Assembly (NCBI GenBank): GCA_038523235.1
Contig: JBCBJQ010000015.1
Span: 22,856-86,855, forward strand
Reading direction: 5' to 3'
Source: Cyanobacteria bacterium J06626_4
GTDB lineage: Bacteria; Cyanobacteriota; Cyanobacteriia; Phormidesmidales; Phormidesmidaceae
Length of the DNA: 64,000 nt
Below, one piece after another: positions 55,930 through 64,000 of the stretch (positions are counted from its first letter, which is position 1; every line of letters starts with the position of its first letter). The position numbers were made by a program, and so were the translations under genes. Below the pieces are notes generated by a model. That model ran no database searches and was not told the DNA's origin. It saw only the letters and a list, made by a program, of their open reading frames with translations.

Positions 55930-57081
55930 CTAAGCCATACAGGGCAAACAGAGCTCTTCTGCCAACACTTGATCTAACGTGGCCGCTTCTTGAATAGCGA
56001 TCGCTAAAATTTCTGCCACGCTGTGACCTTGGTCATGCAACGCCAACCACCTTTGGGCCTCGTTACCGCCCTCCAAGATTTTGCTGACAGGCGTCAAAAA
56101 GCAGCTAAATCCGTGCTGATGGGCAATCGGCCACAGGGTTTCATATAAATCCTGAATCCACTGTTTGGCTGTTAAGGAACGACCATCAACCCAGTGATTC
56201 ACCACGGCATCGAGACTGGCCCTAGCCACGGCGCGCTCATTGGCCTCTGTCATTTTGACTAACGCTTCAGCACGAGTGCTGCTGGGCAATTGACTAGCCG
56301 TTAGCGGATCTAAAGACGGATCGGCCATCATTTGCAGCAGCCGGGCTTCTAACAAGGCCGTCACTGCCAGCAAATGCAGCGGATTGATCACCAAATCACA
56401 AATTCTCAGCTCTAGTCGATTGAGACAGTAGGGGCGGCGATCGCCATTGGGACGAACCGAACTCCACAGATGGCGGACATTATGCATCGTGCCAGCCGCT
56501 AGCTGTGCTTCCATCCAATCAATGTGGTGCTGATGGCTCGTAAACAACGGGACGTGCGACGGCGTTTGCGGAAACAATTGCCAACGGGTGGAATGGTACC
56601 CCGTCACCGCATGGTCTAAAAAGGGAGAAGACGCCGTCAGGGCCAAATAGAGGGGCGCTTCTAACCGCACCAATCGGCAGGCCCGCATCAGCATTTCAGG
56701 ATCAGCAATGCCAATATTGATATGGATGCTCGCCGTGACCACATCCGTATGGTAAGTCTGCTCGATATAAGCATGGTAAGGATTGTGCGGATCGGAGCGC
56801 TGAAATTGAGCCGTATCGCCAGACGAGAGGGTGCTGCCAGGAATCAGCGTATAGTCACCCAGTGTCTTTAAATAGCGCCGCAGTGACTGCCGGGGTCTGA
56901 CCAACTCGCACAGCAATTGCTCGTAGCGGTTGAGCGGGGCGGTGGTGTACTCAACATTGCGAGCGTCGGGTTCTCTGACAAAGCCATCTAGGTTGGCCAC
57001 AATGCGATCGGAGAAACCAATGATCTCGCCCGCTGGCGTCCCCGTGTAGATTTCGACTTCAAACCCTTTAGATAGCGACAC
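55930..57081 (-). CDS. gshA: Glutamate--cysteine ligase, cyanobacterial type
   Basis: LSKGFEVEIYTG, EPDARNVEY, TASIHINIG, VRHLWSSVRPNG..RPY.LNRLELRICD. GTG start inferred. Confidence 0.92.
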   Translation of the reverse strand: MSLSKGFEVEIYTGTPAGEIIGFSDRIVANLDGFVREPDARNVEYTTAPLNRYEQLLCELVRPRQSLRRYLKTLGDYTLIPGSTLSSGDTAQFQRSDPHNPYHAYIEQTYHTDVVTASIHINIGIADPEMLMRACRLVRLEAPLYLALTASSPFLDHAVTGYHSTRWQLFPQTPSHVPLFTSHQHHIDWMEAQLAAGTMHNVRHLWSSVRPNGDRRPYCLNRLELRICDLVINPLHLLAVTALLEARLLQMMADPSLDPLTASQLPSSTRAEALVKMTEANERAVARASLDAVVNHWVDGRSLTAKQWIQDLYETLWPIAHQHGFSCFLTPVSKILEGGNEAQRWLALHDQGHSVAEILAIAIQEAATLDQVLAEELCLPCMA

Positions 57082-57229
57082 TAGATATTTCTCGCGCAAA
57101 CGTTCTATTTCATAGTACCGGGCAAGCCTGGATTCTCCCTGAAAAGCGCAATCAACCGCAGCGGGGTCGTCACATCAAAGTGCCACAGGAGTGTCCTCAC
57201 CTCTAAATGCTGTGGCCAGAATGCAACGC

Positions 57230-57322
57230 CCTCTATATATAGATATAAAACGCGCAATATATGCGGAATATATATAGAGGCAATAGTGCTCAAACGTGAT
57301 CGTCTCTATATATATTCCACAT
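57230..57322. repeat. Triple TA-rich inverted repeat element
   Basis: CCTCTATATATA (57230), GGAATATATATAGAG (57265-57279), CTCTATATATATTCC (57304-57318). The last two form a perfect 15-bp inverted repeat. Confidence 0.85.
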
Positions 57323-58205
57323 TCCGAACGAGTAACCGATGTGCCAATCCTCCCTAGCAGTCACACTCATGGGCAACTACCGGAGCCGGCGCTGTTGAGA
57401 GAAGTTTCCCAGGTCAAACGTCATAGCCTTGAAGTCGCCCATCGCACTGAATATTGCCATCACTCATATGTTCCGCCACTCAGGCACAGCAATCGGACGA
57501 TCGCACTCTTTTGCGCCGCCCAGCGAAACGAGTCACCATCACTCACCCACATCCCTTGCCCGTCGTGCGACCCTCTCGACTCTCAGACTTCTGATTCAGG
57601 AGACGGGCATTTTCAGGATCAGTACGCGGCTGATTATGACTCGTTTCGCTGGGCAAACCGGGTCAATCGAATCATTTAACAAAAGTCTATGGGTCAATCG
57701 CGAAGCTAGCTTATCTGAGAATAACTTGAAGATGTGTGACGATTCACCTTTTTCTTTAAGTTATGTTGTCGCTTCTTGATCCCGATGCTAACGTCGGAAC
57801 CAATTGGATGAATTCCTGATCCAAGCCACGATCCCGCTTTGGCAAGCCCACAGGAATTTTCACCGAGGAGGACTCATGCCGCAACGCATTATCCTAATGA
57901 ACCGTCTAGTCAGAGTGACTTAAAGAAAGTACATACTGCTCTAAGCCCAGCTGTATCGCACTAATCTACAGGCTTGACGTTAGCTCCGAGACGCCCGACC
58001 CCGACGAGACATCATTCACAGTCCGGTTCCGCATCAAAATTTTGCTCACTTAATCTGTTCGCTGAGGCCATGTGTACGTTTTCACCCCAACGTACAGACG
58101 GCTGCGGCATTCTTGCGGGGCCACTTTCACAGTGCCAATAGAGCCATCATCCGCAGGCTCCCGCAGTCATTCAATGCCGACCAACTCAACCCAGTGGAGG
58201 TTTCT

Positions 58206-59009
58206 ATGCATCTGCAAGGAAAAACAGCACTCATCACTGGCGCATCGCGCGGTATTGGCCGCGCGATCGCCCTCGAATTTGCCCATCAACAGTGCGATCG
58301 CATTATCTTGGTAGCCCGTAACGCAGCCCTGCTACACGAAGTCGCTGCCACAGTTGAAGCCTTAGGATCAAGGGCAATTGTGCTCCCTCTCGATCTCACC
58401 CAGCCCATTGCAGTCAATGTGGCCGTAGCCCATGCTTGGCGCAATCACGGCCCCATTGATCTGTTGATCAACTGCGCGGGCATCTCCCATCAGGTCCCAT
58501 TCTTACAATCACGCCTGCCTCATGTGCAGTCAGAACTCTCGACCAACCTAGTGGGTCTCTACACAATGACTCGCCTGGTGGCGCGCCGGATGGCCGCCTA
58601 CCATCGCGGCCATATTGTTAATGTTTCCAGCTTAATGGGCAAAGTAGCCGCCCCCACAATGGCCACTTATTCAGCGACCAAGTTCGCCATTTTAGGCTTT
58701 AGCCAAGCCCTACGCGGTGAATTAGCCCCCCACAATATTAAGGTGACGACCCTGCTTCCCTCTCTGACCGACACCGACATGGTGCGTGATTTTCATTGGT
58801 TTCGGTTTGTCCAGCCCATTACGCCCGAACAAGTCGCCAAGGCTCTCGTTAAGGGCTTACAGTCTGATACGGCCGAAATTTTAGTCGGTTGGCAGACTCA
58901 TCTGGCTGTTTTAGGCAATCGCTTGGCACCTAATCTGCTGGCCAGAGTGGTGCAGTGGACCTCACCGAGCTTTCGCAGCAACCCGGCTCGCTTGACGAAG
59001 ACCTTCTAG
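58206..59009 (+). CDS. Short-chain dehydrogenase/reductase
   Basis: TGASRGIG, INCAG, NVSS, YSATK. GGAGG SD before the ATG at 58206. Confidence 0.93.
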   Translation: MHLQGKTALITGASRGIGRAIALEFAHQQCDRIILVARNAALLHEVAATVEALGSRAIVLPLDLTQPIAVNVAVAHAWRNHGPIDLLINCAGISHQVPFLQSRLPHVQSELSTNLVGLYTMTRLVARRMAAYHRGHIVNVSSLMGKVAAPTMATYSATKFAILGFSQALRGELAPHNIKVTTLLPSLTDTDMVRDFHWFRFVQPITPEQVAKALVKGLQSDTAEILVGWQTHLAVLGNRLAPNLLARVVQWTSPSFRSNPARLTKTF

Positions 59010-59822
59010 CCCCAACAGGAAAACAGACAGACCATACTGCAATAGCTAGCGATTCACAGCTTGTCCCGACCCAAACCCAGCAAAACCATATCTCCTAGAC
59101 CAGCTTCTCGAAGAAAGCACCGCTAGTGCCCAGGTGAGGTACGTGCCTTCACGTTCTCACCAACAGCTGTCTTGCGCCACTCAATGCCCACTTCAGCGCT
59201 CAACGAATCCTGTCGCTCAGGATGAGTGGAGAGTCGTCAGCTCGACTGCCTTGATGAGGCTCATATATGTCAAGGCAGTTAATTTTTCAGCAATTCTTCC
59301 CTAAGCGGTTGGGACTCCACGAGCACCGCCGCATTGCGGAGTCTCCTGAAATACATCCTGTACCCCCAAGACTGGCTTCAAAACACTCTCCGCTGCAGTT
59401 TGGGCAACGTAGCTATCCACACCTAATTAAAGTGATCGGCTACTGTTGACGTCATCTACATGTAGCGTGTGCGAGATTAAAGCGGATAATTTATACGCTC
59501 TCTTTAGAGTCGAATATTTTTGCCATTTAGCCTAATTGGCAGAAACTAAGGTCAAAAGATCGGGTACGCTAGTAAGTCCAAGTTGGTCGCTCTGAGGCTC
59601 GACTGCTTTACCGGAGTTGTCAACCCAGCGATCGCTGTATGGAAATCTATATTCATCATAACGCACGTAGGGATGGCGCTGGCATCTTTAGGTGCGGAGT
59701 AACTTTTTGACGAACTGTCAAGATAACTCTTGCAGTGCCAAGTTTGACCATCGAGAAATTCTCGAAGCGTGGCTTGGCACTAGGCTCAGTATTCAGTCGG
59801 TGGCAAACGGTGGAGGTGTGGC

Positions 59823-61205
59823 GTGGAACAAGCCCTAGACGGCATGTGGCAAAAGGTTCTGGAAGAACTCCAAGAACAACTCAGTAGGCCCACCTTCGAA
59901 ACCTGGATCAAACCAGCTCGTGCCCAAGCACTGTCAGATCAGACACTCATCATCTCGACGCCGAATCCTTTTGCTCGCAACTGGCTACAGAAACACTACC
60001 TTGGCACCATTGTCACGGTCGTCACTGGAATCTTAGGGCGAACGGTCGATGTCAAGTTTGTGGTGGACACTCAAGACCTTCACCCCAACGCGGCTGAGAA
60101 CGGCACCGCTGCAGCTGACATCAACTGGCCCGCCCCCCTGCCTGTAGCAGAAGCAAAAACCGATGCCCCGAACACTGGGCGGACAGCCGGCTTGAATCCC
60201 AAAGCTATCTTCTCGCGCTTTGTGGTGGGGGCTAACAACCGGATGGCTCACGCGGCGGCATTGGCTGTCGCCGAATCACCCGGACGAGAGTTTAACCCGC
60301 TCTTTTTATGCGGTGGTGTGGGGTTGGGTAAAACCCATCTGATGCAATCGATCGGGCATTATCGGCTAGAGATTACATCAGCCGCGCGCGTCTCCTATGT
60401 CTCGACTGAGCAATTCACCAACGACCTGATCACGGCCATTCGTAAAGACAACATGCAAACCTTTCGCGATCACTATCGCCAGGTTGATGTGCTGTTAGTC
60501 GACGATATTCAGTTTATTGAGGGCAAGGAATACACGCAGGAAGAATTTTTCCACACGTTTAACACTCTGCACGAAGCAGGCAAACAGATTGTCTTAGCCT
60601 CCGATCGCCCACCCAATCAGATCCCACGTCTGCAAGAGCGCTTAGTATCGCGGTTTTCAATGGGCCTAATTGCCGATATTCAAGCTCCCGACTTTGAAAC
60701 TCGGATGGCCATTCTGCAAAAGAAGGCGGAATATGAAAATGTCCAGCTGCCGCGTCCAGTCATTGAATACATTGCCTCGACCTACATCTCAAATATTCGA
60801 GAGTTAGAGGGGGCGCTCATTCGCGCGATCGCCTACACCTCAATTTCGGGACTGCCCATGACAGTAGATAATCTCATGCCCGTCCTCAGCGCCACTTCCA
60901 GCGAAAAAGTCGAGGTTTCTCCTCACACCGTGCTGCAGGTCATTTCCGAAGTGTTTGGCGTACCCGAGACAGATCTCAAAAGCAACTCCCGTAAACGAGA
61001 AATCAGCTTAGCCCGGCAAATCGGCATGTATCTGATGCGTCAGCACACCGACCTGAGCTTGCCCAAAATTGGTGCCGTGTTTGGCGGTAAAGATCACACT
61101 ACGGTGATGTACAGCTGCGACAAGATTGCCAAACAGATCAAAAAAGACCCCAGCGTCAATCAGGTTGTGAGAGACGTGAGCGATCGCATCAACCTGGCCG
61201 AATAG
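59823..61205 (+). CDS. dnaA: Chromosomal replication initiator DnaA
   Basis: [40 protein letters not shown]. Confidence 0.99.
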   Translation: MEQALDGMWQKVLEELQEQLSRPTFETWIKPARAQALSDQTLIISTPNPFARNWLQKHYLGTIVTVVTGILGRTVDVKFVVDTQDLHPNAAENGTAAADINWPAPLPVAEAKTDAPNTGRTAGLNPKAIFSRFVVGANNRMAHAAALAVAESPGREFNPLFLCGGVGLGKTHLMQSIGHYRLEITSAARVSYVSTEQFTNDLITAIRKDNMQTFRDHYRQVDVLLVDDIQFIEGKEYTQEEFFHTFNTLHEAGKQIVLASDRPPNQIPRLQERLVSRFSMGLIADIQAPDFETRMAILQKKAEYENVQLPRPVIEYIASTYISNIRELEGALIRAIAYTSISGLPMTVDNLMPVLSATSSEKVEVSPHTVLQVISEVFGVPETDLKSNSRKREISLARQIGMYLMRQHTDLSLPKIGAVFGGKDHTTVMYSCDKIAKQIKKDPSVNQVVRDVSDRINLAE

Positions 61206-61477
61206 CAGGCACCCTCCTTGCTCCTGAGCGCCCTCCTGATGCCGGGTGGACAGCTACTGCATCACCGACTATTGGCTGTTCAACTTCCCGGCCAGAATTC
61301 CGCAGCAATATGCCATCGACAGCTGACCGGTCTTTAAGCTTGGGGGGTTATTCGGGTACCGCAGATATCTTCTTGATCAGCCCCTCGCTGCACACTCTGC
61401 GCCCCCCTGCAGGCTAGTTTTGCTTGGGAGCCCGCGAGTTACTCAAGATATTAAGACCGTTTCACGCTTAGCAGTGC

Positions 61478-61515
61478 CCAGCGCATCGTAGGGCGATCGC
61501 CCTACGATGCGCTGG
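61478..61515. repeat. Perfect 38-bp palindrome centred on HIP1
   Basis: CCAGCGCATCGTAGGGCGA|TCGCCCTACGATGCGCTGG, 19 of 19 pairs with no loop. Confidence 0.92.
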
Positions 61516-61629
61516 CATCATCCTCAACCTTGAAAAGGGATTCAAGATTTTTTTGGTCAGACGCCAAACAAGGTCCCATCTAGCCCTTCAGGACAACATG
61601 AAGAATTGTAAAATTTAACCTAGGCTATC

Positions 61630-61860
61630 TGTGGAAAAGCAGCGTTCCTGTGTGGAAAACTTCTCGGAGAACGTTGCGGAATCTGCCTCAGTTTGTGGAA
61701 AAGATCTATCCACCGCAAGGGGTGTGGAGAAGTCAGAACTTTTTCAACTCTTTTTCCACAAGACTGAAGATAGACAAAGCCTGATTGTTAAAGCGATCCC
61801 CAGCTTCTCCACAGTTTCCGCAGACACTACTAATACGACTATAAGAAAAATTTGATCTGA
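61630..61860. other. oriC: Replication origin oriC (DnaA-box cluster, DnaA-trio-like tract, AT-rich segment)
   Basis: TGTGGAAAA at 61630, 61651 and 61694; CTATCCACC 61706; TGTGGAGAA 61723; TTTTCCACA 61752; TTCTCCACA 61805; then ACTACTAATACGACTATAA. Located between dnaA and dnaN. Confidence 0.9.
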
Positions 61861-61996
61861 AATCTTAGAAAGACTTTTGCTTGCACCTGGGAAAAAGTCA
61901 GGGTGATACGATGAGCACTCATCCATGCTGAGGACGTAACATCAGATTCGTCCAGACCTCACTGGCCACCACTTTGATCCTTTTTTCCAGCTTCCT

Positions 61997-63139
61997 ATGA
62001 AATTCGTCTGTCCCCAAAGTGAGCTAAATACGCACCTTGCCCTCGTGGGTCGGGTAGTGCCTGCTCGACCCACGAAGCCGATCCTGAGCAATGTGCTAGT
62101 CAAAATTGATGAAGAACATCAGCAGGTGATGCTAACAGGCTTCGATGAAACCATGAGCATTCAAACGGCTTTTAAGGCCACCGTCGAAGAGCCTGGCGAA
62201 CTCACGTTGCCCGCCAAATTGTTAGAAAGTATTGTGGCGCGCCTCCCTCAAGAAGACATTACGATTCAAGAGGTGGGTGAAGATGCGACGATTACGATCA
62301 CCAGTTCGTCGGGAGAGTATCAAGTACGGGGACTCAGCGCCGCTGATTATCCTCAACTTCCGGTGGTGGAAGATGGCCAAGCGGCTGAACTATCGGTGGA
62401 AACTTTGTTAGAAGGCCTGAGAGGAGCTTTGTTTGCTAGCAGTGGTGATGAAACGAAGCAGGTGCTGACAGGGGTGCATTTGACGGCTGAGCCAGAAATT
62501 TTGGAGTTTGCTGCAACGGATGGTCATCGACTGGCAGTTGTGAAAACGAGTGACGAAGCCGCTGCTGGGACTGCCGCTAACGACATGCAGATGGATGTGA
62601 CAGTGCCTGCCAAAGCCCTCCGTGATCTAGAACGGATGCTGCAAACCTACAGTTCATCCGAGCCGATCACGCTGAAGTTTGACCGCACGCAAGCCATTTT
62701 TGAATTAGGGAACCAGCGGCTGACCACCATTCTGTTAGAAGGGCAGTATCCCAACTATCGCCAGCTCGTGCCTCAGCAGTTTGAGCGACAGGTAACCCTT
62801 GATCGCAAACTGCTTATGGATGCTTTAGAGCGGATCGCGGTACTTGCTGATCAGAAAAATAACATTGTCAAACTTTCGCTTGATCCAGCCAGCCAGGCGG
62901 TATCGGTATCGGTCGATGCACAAGAAGTGGGCAGCGGTCGCGAAGTAGTCGCGGCTCAAATTACGGGCGAGGCTTTGGATATTGCCTTTAATGTTCGCTA
63001 TCTACTGGATGGCCTCAAGGCGCTCGGTACGAATGAAGTGCAGCTCCAGTGCAATACGGCAACGAGTCCTTCGATCATCATTCCGCTCGGTGGACTACAG
63101 ATGACGTATCTAGTGATGCCAGTACAGATGCGAGCCTAA
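61997..63139 (+). CDS. dnaN: DNA polymerase III beta clamp
   Basis: ATDGHRL, LEGQYPNY, IAFNVRYLLD, YLVMPV. Confidence 0.99.
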   Translation: MKFVCPQSELNTHLALVGRVVPARPTKPILSNVLVKIDEEHQQVMLTGFDETMSIQTAFKATVEEPGELTLPAKLLESIVARLPQEDITIQEVGEDATITITSSSGEYQVRGLSAADYPQLPVVEDGQAAELSVETLLEGLRGALFASSGDETKQVLTGVHLTAEPEILEFAATDGHRLAVVKTSDEAAAGTAANDMQMDVTVPAKALRDLERMLQTYSSSEPITLKFDRTQAIFELGNQRLTTILLEGQYPNYRQLVPQQFERQVTLDRKLLMDALERIAVLADQKNNIVKLSLDPASQAVSVSVDAQEVGSGREVVAAQITGEALDIAFNVRYLLDGLKALGTNEVQLQCNTATSPSIIIPLGGLQMTYLVMPVQMRA

Positions 63140-63260
63140 AGGCGAATGGCCTGCTCGTGGCCTGAGAAAGTAGTTTACATCAGCGATCGTCAGACCTATC
63201 CAGTACCAATGCTTAAAGGACAAGTGGCCGGGTCAGTTTTTGGCGCACTACTTTTTTGGT

Positions 63261-63295
63261 GCTCGATAAAGGGCCACTGTGGCCCTTTATCGAGC
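63261..63295. repeat. Palindrome with 17-bp arms and 1-nt centre
   Basis: GCTCGATAAAGGGCCAC-T-GTGGCCCTTTATCGAGC. Confidence 0.9.
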
Positions 63296-63688
63296 GCTGC
63301 TTGTTGAGTATGTCTCTTCAATTGATGGAGTCAGCACTGGTTGTGTCGTCATCACTTAGCGGTCTTCAGGTTCTGCAACCACGCTTGTCTGCAGAACCTT
63401 GGTGAGGCCTGCACATGTTTACCCTGTAATAGGACTAAAGCACCAAAAAATAGAAGGATGAAGCTGTGGCATATCAGTGTTATCCGTAACTTTTGGAACC
63501 CTCAGTATGAAGTGGAGGTAAAGGGAAGGGCGAGGAAGTGATTGGTGGATAAAGATTGAGTAATTATGCGGAGCGATGGGGTGGGCGAGCGGCTGGGGGC
63601 GTCGAGATAATAAAGACCGATGAAGAGCGCTGGGTTGCTCCATCATCTGTCATAACTCCGGCAGTTTTCTTAGGGAAAGGAGAGTTCT

Positions 63689-64000
63689 ATGGTACGTCCA
63701 TTGATGGCGATTGGGTTAGATGCAGCGGACCCGCATTTAATTGAAGAGTGGATGGCCGCAGGGTACTTGCCGCGGTTGCAAGAGCTGCAAGAGCGCGGGA
63801 CATATCAACGGTTGCGGACGTTTGAATACTACCGGGCAGAGACCCCCTGGACGACCTTTCTGACGGGGTGCGCGCCGCAACAAACCGGCTACTGGTCACC
63901 GCTGAAATTTCATCCTGCCGACTACCGGATTGAAGAAGTGCAAGCGTATGAGTTCGGGGAACATGAACCGTTCTACGCGCACTGCCCCGACCGTCAAGTG
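63689..64000 (+). CDS. Alkaline phosphatase / nucleotide pyrophosphatase family protein (3'-truncated, absent from the ORF track)
   Basis: AAGGAG SD, then MVRPLMAIGLDAADPHLIEEWMAAGYLPRLQELQERG...ETPWTTFLTGCAP...; open to the window end. Confidence 0.8.
   Translation, partial: MVRPLMAIGLDAADPHLIEEWMAAGYLPRLQELQERGTYQRLRTFEYYRAETPWTTFLTGCAPQQTGYWSPLKFHPADYRIEEVQAYEFGEHEPFYAHCPDRQV

Noticed and set aside
57296..57779. ORFs 57296-57679 and 57429-57779, and the TGCCCGTC/GACGGGCA stem at 57557-57609
   Set aside because: Overlapping ORFs with unprotein-like composition; an isolated 8-bp stem is insufficient evidence.
61631..61926. ORFs across the dnaA-dnaN spacer
   Set aside because: They coincide with the DnaA-box cluster and are better explained as oriC.

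Overview
A cyanobacterial chromosomal window, shown by the dense HIP1 octamer GCGATCGC, petBD, ctpA, ftsH2/ftsH3, bicA and a cyanobacterial-type gshA. A Leptolyngbya/Nodosilinea-like filamentous strain is my inference only. The window ends at the replication origin (dnaA-oriC-dnaN). It is mostly core genome: pyrG, gltX, pepN, trmL, gshA, glgA, gmd, bicA-nhaS3, a TetR-controlled RND pump, a PAS-GGDEF-EAL protein, cell-wall hydrolases and an orphan N4/N6 DNA methyltransferase. It also holds a tRNA-Met and a likely 6S RNA missing from the ORF track. I found no CRISPR array, transposase, prophage or clear multi-gene novel system. The most unusual signals are non-coding: (1) two near loop-less 35-38 bp palindromes flanking oriC-dnaN, one centred exactly on a HIP1 site; (2) a triple TA-rich inverted-repeat element about 4 kb from oriC; (3) a structured, possibly switchable RNA region with a tiny SD-led ORF at about 20.7-21.05 kb; (4) tandem MITE-like TATAGC elements upstream of bicA; (5) an 80-bp-period direct repeat upstream of the c-di-GMP gene. 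Family calls come from motif recognition, not database searches.
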